40,623 nt of DNA. It comes from an uncultured bacterium. GTDB lineage: Bacteria > Chloroflexota > Limnocylindria > QHBO01. The position numbers and the translations under genes are program-made. The notes under the pieces were generated by a model that was not told the origin of the DNA, ran no database searches, and saw nothing but the letters and a program-made list of their open reading frames with translations. Within the stretch, counting starts at the first letter, position 1; the number at the start of each line of letters is the position of its first letter. The stretch is from contig CBFGSY010000003.1 in the NCBI GenBank assembly GCA_965651545.1, forward strand, positions 1-40,623. The letters are read 5' to 3'. Positions 1 through 8,935 of the stretch are shown piece after piece.

Positions 1-881
1 GGCTCGCGGGCGTCAACGGCGGCGCGGGTGGCCCGGTGCTGGGGATGGCGCCGGAGCCGGTGGGCGATCAGACCATGCGACGGGCTGGCCACGAAGGCGA
101 GCAGGAAAAAGCCGGTGGCGAGCAGCACGATTGTGCCGCCGGACTCGAGCCCCAGGTGGAACGACAGGTAGTAGCCGACCACACCCGAGGCGACGCCAAT
201 CGCGCCACCAAGCAGCAGCATCGGCACGAAGCGATCGACCAGCAGCCTGGCGGTGGCAGCTGGGGTGACCAGCAGTGCCAGGATCAGGACGATCCCCACC
301 GCCTGGATGCCGATCACGATCGTGATCGTCAGCACCACCAGCAGCAGCGCGTCCAGTGCGCCGATCGGGTAGCCCAGCGCGGCGGCGAGCGTGCGATCGA
401 ATGAGACGAGCAGCAGCTCCTTGTGGAAGGCCGCCAGCACCGCGAAGGTGACCACGGCCACCCCTGCGCTGAGCCAGATGTCAGCGACCGAGACGCCCTC
501 CAGGTTCCCGATGAGGTAGCCGGTCAAATCGTCTTCGTTCGGCCCACCGGGTCCAATGAGCACGACGCCCAGGGCAAAGGCGCCGGCGAAGAAGATGCCG
601 ATGGCTGCATCCTCCCGAATCCTGCCACTGCGTGAGACCAGGGCGATGGCCAGCGCCGTCAGCAGCCCCGCAACCAGCGCACCGCCCAGGATGCTGCTGC
701 CGATCAGGAAAGCGACCACGATCCCGGGGAAGACTGAGTGTGAGATCGCATCGCCGATGAACGCAAGGCGGCGGACGATCACGTACGCACCGATCGCCCC
801 GCAGGCGGCTCCCACCATCGAGACTTCGACCAGGGCGCGCACCGCGACGTCCTGGGCGAGCGGATCGGTCAGCCAGCTCAT
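1..881 (-). CDS. Metal (Zn/Mn/Fe) ABC transporter permease, ZnuB/MntB family; 3' end runs off the window
   Basis: Hand translation from the ATG at 881, which overlaps the ATPase stop (ATGA), gives MSWLTDP...IGAYVIVRRLAFIGDAISHSVFPGI, the ABC-3 permease signature. It is hydrophobic and has no in-frame stop before base 1. Confidence 0.9.
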   Translation of the reverse strand, partial: MSWLTDPLAQDVAVRALVEVSMVGAACGAIGAYVIVRRLAFIGDAISHSVFPGIVVAFLIGSSILGGALVAGLLTALAIALVSRSGRIREDAAIGIFFAGAFALGVVLIGPGGPNEDDLTGYLIGNLEGVSVADIWLSAGVAVVTFAVLAAFHKELLLVSFDRTLAAALGYPIGALDALLLVVLTITIVIGIQAVGIVLILALLVTPAATARLLVDRFVPMLLLGGAIGVASGVVGYYLSFHLGLESGGTIVLLATGFFLLAFVASPSHGLIAHRLRRHPQHRATRAAVDARE

Positions 882-1663
882 GCCTCTTCCTCCCGGTCGT
901 GGTGCCCGCCGGCGTGGACATGGCGGTGCCCCCCATCCGCCACGATCAGGAGCTCGCCGCCGAACGTTTCGTGCAGGATCGGCGGCGTGAAGGTGGTGGC
1001 TGGTGGACCGATGGCGACGATCCGTCGGTTGACGAAGCACAGGTAATCGGCGTTCTCAGCGGCTGACTCCAGGTCATGGGTTGCGTACGCGATTGTCGAG
1101 CCGGCTGCGCGCAGCTCCCTGAACAGGTCGAGGATCAGAACCTCGGTCGGCCGGTCAACGCCGTTCATCGGTTCATCCAGCAGCAGAACGCTTGCGTTCT
1201 GGACGAGCGCTCTGGCAAGGAAGACCCGCTGCTGCTGGCCTCCGGAAAGCGCGCCGATCTGCTGGCCGCCAAGCTCCGCGATCTCTACCTGGCTCATCGC
1301 CGCCTCGGCCGCCCTCACGTCGCCGCGGCCTGGCCGTCGCAGCCAGCCGACCCGCGGGTATCGGCCCATCAGGACCACCTGCTGCGCGGAGATCGGGAAG
1401 GTCCAGTCCACCGCCTCGCGCTGCGGAACGTAGGCCACTTCCGCGCGCCGCCCTGTGATCGGCCTGCCGTCGAGCTCGATCGTGCCGCTCAACGATGGCG
1501 TAAGTCCCAGGATCGCCTTCAGCAGCGTGCTCTTGCCGGCCCCGTTGGGACCGATGATGGCCGTGATCGAGCCGCGGGGCATGGCCAGTGTCGCGTCCAT
1601 CAATGCCACGCCGTCGCCGTAGCCAGCTGCGACGTCACGAAGCCGCAGGCCGTCGTTCTCCAT
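878..1663 (-). CDS. Metal ABC transporter ATP-binding protein, ZnuC/MntA family
   Basis: Walker A GPNGAGKST, signature LSGGQQQR, Walker B LLLDEP, family motif YVPQ, His-rich tail GGHRHVHAGGHHD. Confidence 0.95.
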   Translation of the reverse strand: MENDGLRLRDVAAGYGDGVALMDATLAMPRGSITAIIGPNGAGKSTLLKAILGLTPSLSGTIELDGRPITGRRAEVAYVPQREAVDWTFPISAQQVVLMGRYPRVGWLRRPGRGDVRAAEAAMSQVEIAELGGQQIGALSGGQQQRVFLARALVQNASVLLLDEPMNGVDRPTEVLILDLFRELRAAGSTIAYATHDLESAAENADYLCFVNRRIVAIGPPATTFTPPILHETFGGELLIVADGGHRHVHAGGHHDREEEA

Positions 1664-1669
1664 CGCAAC

Positions 1670-1688
1670 CTTAATGATATTCAGTCTC
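1670..1688. promoter_or_regulatory. Fur/Zur-box-like operator between the ABC operon and the Fur-family gene
   Basis: CTTAATGATATTCAGTCTC matches 14/19 positions of the classical Fur box GATAATGATAATCATTATC. It is an AT-rich island in the 46-bp divergent intergenic region. Confidence 0.7.
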
Positions 1689-1709
1689 GCTTATGCTACC
1701 GTTCAGGTC

Positions 1710-2144
1710 ATGCCCAGGGCAATTCCCATCTCCGACAGGCTGAAGGATGCTGGCGAGCGCGTCACCAGCCAGCGCCTGCTGATCGCGGCCGAGCTCGGCC
1801 GCGCGGACCGCCAGCTGACGGCAGATGAGCTCTATGCTCGGTTGCAACGCACCCAGCCCCACATCGGCCGGGCCACCATCTTCCGCACCCTGGAACGTCT
1901 GGCTGACCACGGGCTCGCTCGCCGCCTCGAGCGGGATGGGCACGTCTACGCTTACGTTACCTGCCAGCCCGAGCATCACCACCACCTGGCCTGCACGAGC
2001 TGCGGACGCGTCGAGGACGTTGGTGAGTCGATCATCGGGCCGCTGATTGACCGCCTGGGACGCGATCGGGGCTTCCGGGTGGACGATGCACGGCTGGACT
2101 TCTACGGCCGCTGTGCCTCGTGCCAGGCGGATGACGAGAGGTGA
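1710..2144 (+). CDS. Fur-family metalloregulator, probably Zur-like
   Basis: RVTSQR, ATIFRTL, HHHHLACTSCG and FYGRCASC motifs. ATG 1710 lies 7 nt after an extended -10 (TGcTACCGT), i.e. a leaderless start. Confidence 0.92.
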   Translation: MPRAIPISDRLKDAGERVTSQRLLIAAELGRADRQLTADELYARLQRTQPHIGRATIFRTLERLADHGLARRLERDGHVYAYVTCQPEHHHHLACTSCGRVEDVGESIIGPLIDRLGRDRGFRVDDARLDFYGRCASCQADDER

Positions 2145-2557
2145 CCGATCCAGCGCTGACCATCGAGCGGGTCATCTCCGACGAGCTGCGCGACTGGTTG
2201 ATGACCGGTCGCCGTTATCCCGTCCTGGCAGTCAACACCCCCGACGGCGCGCCGAGCCAGTCGGTCATGTGGTTCGACATGGATCCTGACGATCCCGACG
2301 CGATCCTGATGAACACCAAGGTCGGGCGCGCGAAGGACCGATACCTCCGTCGTGACCCGCGCGTCAGCCTCTGCTTTGAGGAGGACCTGACGTGGGTGGC
2401 GCTGCGCGGTCGGGTGGAGCTCGACGATGACCGCGAGCGCGCGCTGGCGGACATCCAGCGCCTGGCGGTGCGCTACGGCGACGACCCGCGCGACTTCGTT
2501 GGCCAGACGCGGGTCACGATCAGGATGCGAGTCGAGAAGGTCATCCTGCACCTGTAG
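2141..2557 (+). CDS. PPOX-class probable F420-dependent oxidoreductase
   Basis: LAVNTPDGAPSQSVMWF, K..YLRRDPRVSLC, WVALRGRVEL split-barrel motifs. GTGA overlap with the fur stop, and adjacent to cof genes. Confidence 0.85.
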   Translation: MTDPALTIERVISDELRDWLMTGRRYPVLAVNTPDGAPSQSVMWFDMDPDDPDAILMNTKVGRAKDRYLRRDPRVSLCFEEDLTWVALRGRVELDDDRERALADIQRLAVRYGDDPRDFVGQTRVTIRMRVEKVILHL

Positions 2558-2705
2558 GTCCGCCGCCGCCGCGTCTCGACTTGCGGCCTTGCGCTGCTGT
2601 CGAGCCTCTCAGTGCAGCACAGCCGCACGGCCGCGCGGCCGCACTGAGGGCCCTGACAGGGTCGCGTCAGCAGCCGAGGGTCGCTCGCCGAGTACGCTGT
2701 CCGAT

Positions 2706-3629
2706 ATGCGGACCGTCCTCTTGGCCGGCGGGACCGGAGGGGCGAAGGTCGCCGACGGCCTGCAGCAGGTCCTGGCACCCGGCGAGCTGACGGTCATCGT
2801 CAATGTCGGCGACGACACCGAGCGCCATGGCCTGCTGGTATGCCCGGACCTGGACACGATCCTGTACACGTTGGCTGGCCTGGCCGACGAAGACCAGGGC
2901 TGGGGCGTGGCAGGCGACACGTTCACGGCCATGGCCATGTTCGAGCGCTACGGGGACGAGACGTGGTTCCGCATTGGCGATGCCGACCTGGCGACCCACG
3001 CCCGCCGTAACCAGCTGCTGGCCGACGGATCCAGCCTGACCGATGCCACCGCTGCGATGGCATCCGCACTGGGAGTGCCCAGCCGGCTGCTGCCGGCCAC
3101 CGATGATCGGTTGCGAACCATCGTCCTGACCGATGACGGCGAGCTCGATTTCCAGACGTATTTCGTGCGGCGCAGCCAGGCGGACGAGGTGCGCGAGCTG
3201 CGATTCGAAGGTGCTGAGGCCGCACGTCCCAGCGAGGCCGTGCTGCAGGCTATTGGGGAGGCGGAGCTGATCGTGATCGGTCCATCCAACCCGCTCGTCA
3301 GCATCGGTCCAATCCTTGCCATCCCGGGTCTGCGTGAGGCGCTGACCGCGGCCGGCGGGGCGAAGATCGGGGTCAGCGGCATCGTGGCCGGGAAGGCCAT
3401 CCGCGGGCCGGCGGACAAGATGCTGGCCACGCTGGGCCACGAGCCGTCCGCCCGGGGAGTGGCCGCCCTCTACGCCGGCCTGATCGAGCAGTTCGTGATC
3501 GACGAGGCGGACGCCGCGCTCGCCCCCGAAATCGTGGCACTGGGCATGCGCGTCAGCGTGCTGCCCACGCTGATGCGCAACCAGGCGGACCGCGCCCGGG
3601 TGGCCCGTTCCATCATCGACATGGCCTGA
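2706..3629 (+). CDS. cofD: 2-phospho-L-lactate/PEP transferase (F420 biosynthesis)
   Basis: LAGGTGGAK, VNVGDD, CPDLDTILYTLAG, WFRIGDADLATH, IGPSNPLVSIGPIL, GPADKML. Start reassigned to ATG 2706, 7 nt after TACGCT. Confidence 0.95.
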   Translation: MRTVLLAGGTGGAKVADGLQQVLAPGELTVIVNVGDDTERHGLLVCPDLDTILYTLAGLADEDQGWGVAGDTFTAMAMFERYGDETWFRIGDADLATHARRNQLLADGSSLTDATAAMASALGVPSRLLPATDDRLRTIVLTDDGELDFQTYFVRRSQADEVRELRFEGAEAARPSEAVLQAIGEAELIVIGPSNPLVSIGPILAIPGLREALTAAGGAKIGVSGIVAGKAIRGPADKMLATLGHEPSARGVAALYAGLIEQFVIDEADAALAPEIVALGMRVSVLPTLMRNQADRARVARSIIDMA

Positions 3630-3644
3630 CGCTATGCTGAGCCG

Positions 3645-4244
3645 ATGAGCGGCGTCCGCATCATCGTGCCGCACCGTGGGCTGCCGGCGGCCAAGACCCG
3701 CCTGGCGCCGGTGCTTGGCCCTGAGGAACGGATCGCACTCGCGCGAACGCTGCTGGCCGGGGTACTGCGCGTCGCACGCCAGGCTGCCGATGACGTGGTC
3801 GTCATCAGTCCCGCTGCGGCGCTCGAGCCGATCGCGACCGAGGCGGGCGCCCGACTGGTCGTACAGCGCGGCCTGGGCCTCAACGAGGGGCTCAACCAGG
3901 CGCGTGGCGAGGCGCTGGCAGAGGGCGTCGAGCTGCTGGCCGTCCTGCACGGGGACCTGCCGAACCTGGCGGCGGCAGACGTCCGGGAACTGCTTTCCGT
4001 GGTGCACGGCGAGCGCGGCGTCGCCGTCGCGCCGGACCGTCGCGGCGCCGGCACCAATGGCCTGGCGCTGCGTCCACCGGGGATCATCGGCTTCCGGTTC
4101 GGCGCTGGCTCGTTGGCGGCACATGTTGCGGAGGCCGAGGCGGCGGGCGTTCAGGCCACGCTCGTGCAACGTCCCGGGCTGGCCTTCGACCTGGACACGC
4201 CCGAGGACCTCGCTCGCTGGCTGGAGCTCGGCGACGCGGCATGA
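3645..4244 (+). CDS. cofC: 2-phospho-L-lactate/PEP guanylyltransferase (F420 biosynthesis)
   Basis: IVP..AKTRLAPVL, GLNEGL, HGDLP, APDRRGAGTNGL, FRFGAGS, FDLDTPEDL. Confidence 0.95.
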   Translation: MSGVRIIVPHRGLPAAKTRLAPVLGPEERIALARTLLAGVLRVARQAADDVVVISPAAALEPIATEAGARLVVQRGLGLNEGLNQARGEALAEGVELLAVLHGDLPNLAAADVRELLSVVHGERGVAVAPDRRGAGTNGLALRPPGIIGFRFGAGSLAAHVAEAEAAGVQATLVQRPGLAFDLDTPEDLARWLELGDAA

Positions 4245-4996
4245 TCTCGCTGATCCCGCTGCAGGGGATCCCCGAGGTCAGGCCAGGCGACGACCTTGCG
4301 GAGATGATCGCGGCGGCGGTGGCCGCCGCCGGCATCGGCCTGGCCGATGACGACGTCCTGGTGGTGACCCAGAAGGTCGTCTCCAAGGCGGAGGGGCGCG
4401 TGGTGGACCTGGCGACCATCGAGGCGCGGCCGGAGGCGCGCGAGTGGGCCGCGCGCTGGGGCAAGGATCCGCGCCAGGTGGAGCTGGTCCTGCGCGAGAG
4501 CGCCGAGGTCATGCGCATGGCGGATGGCGGTCTGATCATCTCGCGCACCCACCACGGCTTCGTCTGCGCCAATGCGGGCGTGGATCTATCGAACACTGGC
4601 GGCGCGGAGCTCGCGACTCTGTTGCCGGTCGACCCGGACGGCTCGGCCAGTGCCCTGCGCGAGCGACTGGGGGAGCTGGTCGGCGCGCGGCCGGCGGTCG
4701 TCATCTCCGACTCGTTCGGACGGCCGTGGCGGAATGGCATCGTCAACGTGGCTGTCGGGGCGGCAGGGATCGACGTGCTCGTTGACCTGCGCGGCAGTCC
4801 CGACGCGCAGGGGCGCGAGATGCGCGCGACGGTGATTGCCGCCGCCGACGAGCTTGCCTCGGCCGCCGACCTGGCCGGCGGCAAGGTTGGGCAGCTGCCG
4901 GTGGTACTGGTCCGGGGCTACTCGTACGGCCGCGCCGAAGCCGATGCCGGCGCTGCTGCCCTGGTCATGGCACGCGAGCAGGATCTCTTTCCCTAG
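4241..4996 (+). CDS. cofE: Coenzyme F420-0:L-glutamate ligase, single domain
   Basis: GIPEVRPGDDL, VTQKVVSKAEGR, GFVCANAGVDLSN, SDSFGRPWRNG, ADELASAADL. ATGA overlap with cofC. Confidence 0.95.
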   Translation: MISLIPLQGIPEVRPGDDLAEMIAAAVAAAGIGLADDDVLVVTQKVVSKAEGRVVDLATIEARPEAREWAARWGKDPRQVELVLRESAEVMRMADGGLIISRTHHGFVCANAGVDLSNTGGAELATLLPVDPDGSASALRERLGELVGARPAVVISDSFGRPWRNGIVNVAVGAAGIDVLVDLRGSPDAQGREMRATVIAAADELASAADLAGGKVGQLPVVLVRGYSYGRAEADAGAAALVMAREQDLFP

Positions 4997-5033
4997 CACG
5001 AAACGTGCAGCGGGTGCCTCGGGGAGGACCCGA

Positions 5034-6308
5034 ATGACCGTCAAAAGCCTTGCCATGGGCCGATATCGGCTCGAGCGTGAGATCGCCTCGGGCGGCACTG
5101 CGCGCGTATTTCGGGCCTGGGATGTAAAGCTCGATCGGGCGGTCGCGGTCAAGCTGCTCCATCCGCACCTGCTCACCGATGAGGCAGCCCGCCAGCGCCT
5201 GGTTGCCGAGGCCACTGCGGCGACTGCGCTTTCGCATCCGGGCATCGCCCATGTCTACGACGTCTCCGGTGACCGCGATGAACCGATCCTGGTCATGGAG
5301 TTGGTCGACGGCGAGCCCCTCTCAGCCTTGCTGGCGCGGGACGGGGCGATGGCTCCCGACGATGCCGCTCGCCTGGCTGCCGAGGTGGCCGAAGCGCTTT
5401 ACCACGCGCATCAACAGGGAATCATCCACCGCGACGTGAAGCCGGTCAACGTGCTGGTCGAGCGGGGCACCGGCAGGGCGCGTCTGATCGACTTTGGCAT
5501 CGCTCGCAGCCTCGAGCACTCGGCTCCCTCCATCACTCAGACCGGCACTTCGCTTGGCACACCGCGCTACATGGCGCCGGAGCAGCTCGCCGGAGAGCCG
5601 GTCGGTCCGCGGACGGACCTGTGGGGCCTCGGCGCCACGCTCTTCGAGATGGTCACCGGCAACCCGCCATTCGACGGCCCGACGCCACTCGCCATCTCGC
5701 GCCAGCAGGCGGCGGGACCCCCGCCACTTCCGACCGTGGACCGCGGGCTGGACGAGCTGGTGGCTACCTGCCTGGCGTTCGAGATCGGCGACCGGCCGTT
5801 GCATGCCAGTGCGCTGGCGGCGGCGCTGCGGGCCTGGCTGGCTGGCGATCGGATCGCCAGCGGAGCGGCGCTCAGCGCTGCCGAGACACGGGTGGTGCCG
5901 GTATCGCCGCCTCCAGAGGAGGCGCCCGAGCCCATGGACGGGCAGCGACGACGGATGACGCCGTTCGCCGTGGCCGTGGCGGCCGTCCTGCTCATCGCGG
6001 CGCTCGCCGGCGTGGGATTCGCCCTGAATGGCGCGACGCCGCCGGTCGCGGCGGCGCCGTCGCGCACTGCAACGCCGTTGCCGACAGCGGACTGGCGGGC
6101 CGCACTCCTTGGCACCTACCTCGACGCGTGCGGCGAGTCGCTGGATCGGTCAGAGCTGAGCGGCATGACGCAGTCGGAAGCGTCCGACTTCATCGATGAG
6201 CAGGTCGCTGCATGCCTGGATGAGGGCACCAAGGCCCAGGGGACGGGGAAGGGAAAGGGCAACGGCGGCGGCGGCCAGGGGAACGGAGGCGGACCCGGCC
6301 ACGACTAG
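5034..6308 (+). CDS. Membrane-anchored Hanks-type Ser/Thr protein kinase
   Basis: VAVKLL, HRDVKPVN, DFGIA, GTPRYMAPEQ, DLWGLG, one TM segment and a small C-terminal domain with a Gly-rich tail. SD GGAGGA precedes ATG 5034. Confidence 0.93.
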   Translation: MTVKSLAMGRYRLEREIASGGTARVFRAWDVKLDRAVAVKLLHPHLLTDEAARQRLVAEATAATALSHPGIAHVYDVSGDRDEPILVMELVDGEPLSALLARDGAMAPDDAARLAAEVAEALYHAHQQGIIHRDVKPVNVLVERGTGRARLIDFGIARSLEHSAPSITQTGTSLGTPRYMAPEQLAGEPVGPRTDLWGLGATLFEMVTGNPPFDGPTPLAISRQQAAGPPPLPTVDRGLDELVATCLAFEIGDRPLHASALAAALRAWLAGDRIASGAALSAAETRVVPVSPPPEEAPEPMDGQRRRMTPFAVAVAAVLLIAALAGVGFALNGATPPVAAAPSRTATPLPTADWRAALLGTYLDACGESLDRSELSGMTQSEASDFIDEQVAACLDEGTKAQGTGKGKGNGGGGQGNGGGPGHD

Positions 6309-6317
6309 GGCCGGGTC
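6292..6317. terminator. GC-rich hairpin between convergent genes, possible terminator
   Basis: GACCCGGCC-N8-GGCCGGGTC spans the kinase stop codon. No U-tract. Confidence 0.4.
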
Positions 6318-6326
6318 GTAGCAGCG

Positions 6327-6668
6327 TCAGCCGGCGATTGGCTGCAGGAAGAGGCTGACGATCTCGCCACCCTCCACCCGGAAGTTCGCCTCCACGTGCA
6401 TCGAAGGCACCCCAGGCCGCATGACCGTCACATCGGCGATGTAGCTGGCGCCCATATCGCGGCTGTCGTTGGTGTACATCCGGAAGCCGTCGCCGGCCCG
6501 GACGAACCAGCCTCCCACCCGATCGCGGCCGCGCAGGTTGGTCCGCTCGTCAGATCCTGGCACGCTGATCCCCATCACGGCGTTTTCGGCGAACAGGTCA
6601 ACCGCCTTTTCGCGCTGATCGTCGTTGATCAGCTCCATGAACAGGTCAACGGTCTCGGTGGCTCCCAT
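6327..6668 (-). CDS. SnoaL/NTF2-like fold small protein
   Basis: Pattern VDLFMELIN...AVDLFAENAV...RGRDRVGGWF...FRVEGGEIV. TACAAT lies 6 nt before the ATG. Confidence 0.7.
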   Translation of the reverse strand: MGATETVDLFMELINDDQREKAVDLFAENAVMGISVPGSDERTNLRGRDRVGGWFVRAGDGFRMYTNDSRDMGASYIADVTVMRPGVPSMHVEANFRVEGGEIVSLFLQPIAG

Positions 6669-6724
6669 ACAAAAATTGTAGCCGCAGCCCGGTGGCCCGA
6701 GAGTGCTGGGTGGCGTAGCGTTCC

Positions 6725-7435
6725 ATGGTGGTGCTGGATGACCTAGACAAGGTCGCGCGTAAGGCGCTCGCCGCCTCCAACCTCGGGACTCTGCCGCCGG
6801 AGGTTATCGCCGAACTGTCGGCAGGCGCCACGCGCCTTACCATCCCGGCTCGGGGTACCGTGCGTCACCACGACGAGAATTCGCCACATCTCGAACTGGT
6901 GTTGACCGGGCTCATCCGCGTCCAGGTTTCGGCGACCGACGGTCGGATGATGACGGTCCGATACTGTCGTGCCGGTGCCTTGATCGGCGCGGCGACTCTA
7001 TATACCGAGGTAGTAAGGCCCTTCAGTATCGCGGCGCTCGCTGATTCCGAGCTCCTCCGCTTTCGTCCGATGACCGTTCGCGAATGGGCTGATCGCGACT
7101 CCCGAGTGGCACGGGCGCTGCTGACCGAAACGAGCGAGCGGGTTATGGCCTTCGTGGCGGAGTTCTCCGGTCATGCCTTCGGAAACGTTCCAACGCGCAT
7201 CGCCCGACACCTCCTCGACCTCGCCTCGGACCAGCAGCATACAAACGAGCTCGCGGCGTCGATCAGCCAGCAAGAGCTTGCGGATGCGGTCGGCAGCGTG
7301 CGTGAGGTGGTCGTACGCGTCCTCCACGAGTTCCGCGAAGAAGGGATCGTAGAGACGAGGCGAGACCGGATCATCATCCGCAATCCGGAACGACTATCCG
7401 GCATTGGCTCGCCGTCCTGGAACGAAAGTTCCTGA
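6725..7435 (+). CDS. Crp/Fnr-family transcriptional regulator
   Basis: cNMP-like barrel (VLTGLIRV...DGR) and HTH SQQELADAVGSVREVVVRVL. The exact start (6725-6731) is uncertain. Confidence 0.92.
   Translation: MVVLDDLDKVARKALAASNLGTLPPEVIAELSAGATRLTIPARGTVRHHDENSPHLELVLTGLIRVQVSATDGRMMTVRYCRAGALIGAATLYTEVVRPFSIAALADSELLRFRPMTVREWADRDSRVARALLTETSERVMAFVAEFSGHAFGNVPTRIARHLLDLASDQQHTNELAASISQQELADAVGSVREVVVRVLHEFREEGIVETRRDRIIIRNPERLSGIGSPSWNESS
7419..7432. promoter_or_regulatory. Putative Crp/Fnr-type activator site for the FAD oxidase gene
   Basis: Palindrome GGAAC-gaaa-GTTCC centred 42.5 nt upstream of ATG 7468. Confidence 0.5.
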
Positions 7436-7467
7436 CTGAGGGGCGCAAGCGCGCAATTCTCAACGTT

Positions 7468-8874
7468 ATGACCGCACAGATTGACACGGTCTCCTTCGCC
7501 AGTTCGACCGCCTATCGCCGGCTCGAGCGGTCCTTCCGTGGTGAGCTGGTCCGACCGGGGGATCCGTCATACGCGTTGCGGCGCACCGTATGGAACGGAT
7601 CGATCGACCGCCGCCCAGCGCTGATCGCGCGGTGCGGTGACGTGGAGGACGTCGTCGCCGCACTAGCGTTCGCACGGCGGGCGAAACTCGCCATTGCCGT
7701 CCGCAGCGGAGGTCACAGCTTCCCAGGGTTGTCAGTCTGCGATGGGGGAATCGTGATCGACCTGGGATCGATGAAGCAGATCCACGTCGACCCTCGACGA
7801 GGCACGGTACGCGCGCAAGCGGGTGTCCTCCTCGGTGAGCTAGACCGCGCCACGCAGGCGTACGGCCTGGCGGTGCCGACTGGCTCGGTGACATCCACAG
7901 GCCTGGCTGGCCTGACACTCGGCGGCGGCTTTGGATGGCTGATGCGCAAGCACGGACTGACGATCGATCAGCTGCTGTCCGTCGAGATCGTCACTGCTGA
8001 TGGCAAGGTCTTAGAAGCGAGCGGAACCACGAACGCCGATCTGTTCTGGGGCGTGCGTGGCGGAGGAGGCAACTTCGGCATCGTGACCGAGTTCGAGTAC
8101 CGTCTTCATTCCGTCGGTCCGAAGGTGCTGTCTGGCTTCACACTTTGGCCGATCGAGGAAGCACCACTGGTGGCGCGGTACTACCGCGACTGGGCTGCGT
8201 CCGTGTCCGATGAGCTCACCACCGCGCTCGTCCTACGCCGAGCTCCTGCCATGGAACCGATCCCGGAAGCAATGCACGGGACGCCGGTGATCGTTGTGGC
8301 ATGTTGCTGGGCCGGCTCGCTCGATCGCGGCGCCAAGGTGCTCCAACCGTTGCGGCAGTTCGGGGAACGCGCGGTCGACCTGACTGCGGTCCGCCCCTTC
8401 GTCGAGCAGCAGGCGATGTTCGATCCAAGCTTTCCGCCGGGCATTTGGGTCCATTCGAAAGCCACCGACGTTGCCGTGCTGTCGGATGACGTCCTGGACA
8501 TTCTGCTCGCCTACTCCGCGCGGATGACATCCCTCCGCTCCGGGATCATCGCGTGGCAGCTGGGCGGCGCGGTCTCTCGCGTTGGCGATTTCGATACAGC
8601 GTTCGGGAGTCGTACGAGTGGCTACCTCGTTGATATTGTCGGCGTGACGGACTCGGCTGACGGATTCGCAGAGCAGCGCGAATGGGCACGGGACTGCTGG
8701 GCCGCCCTCTCCCCCTACCATGCGGGCGTTTACGTCAACTGGCTGATGGAGGAGGGCGAGCAGAGGGTGCGCGAAGCGTATGGCCAGCGCCGTTACGAGC
8801 GCCTCCAGGCCCTGAAGCGCCAGTACGACCCAGAGAACGTCTTTCGTTTGAACCAGAACATCCCACCGCGCTAA
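7468..8874 (+). CDS. FAD-linked oxidase, VAO/berberine-bridge-enzyme family (6-hydroxy-D-nicotine oxidase-like)
   Basis: RPALIARC, VRSGGHS covalent-FAD His motif, GLTLGGGFG, DLFWGVRGGGGNFGIVT, YVN, LKRQYDPENVFRLNQNI. Confidence 0.93.
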   Translation: MTAQIDTVSFASSTAYRRLERSFRGELVRPGDPSYALRRTVWNGSIDRRPALIARCGDVEDVVAALAFARRAKLAIAVRSGGHSFPGLSVCDGGIVIDLGSMKQIHVDPRRGTVRAQAGVLLGELDRATQAYGLAVPTGSVTSTGLAGLTLGGGFGWLMRKHGLTIDQLLSVEIVTADGKVLEASGTTNADLFWGVRGGGGNFGIVTEFEYRLHSVGPKVLSGFTLWPIEEAPLVARYYRDWAASVSDELTTALVLRRAPAMEPIPEAMHGTPVIVVACCWAGSLDRGAKVLQPLRQFGERAVDLTAVRPFVEQQAMFDPSFPPGIWVHSKATDVAVLSDDVLDILLAYSARMTSLRSGIIAWQLGGAVSRVGDFDTAFGSRTSGYLVDIVGVTDSADGFAEQREWARDCWAALSPYHAGVYVNWLMEEGEQRVREAYGQRRYERLQALKRQYDPENVFRLNQNIPPR

Positions 8875-8935
8875 GCCTGGCGCCGCTCAATCAATGGCAT
8901 ATCCCCGATTGGCTCAACGCTAGACTCCAGCGCTC

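Noticed and set aside
2558-2690. Structured RNA or tRNA between the PPOX gene and cofD
   Set aside because: Several short GC hairpins (CTCAGTGC/GCACTGAG) but no cloverleaf, T-loop or known motif; such pairings are expected by chance at this GC content.
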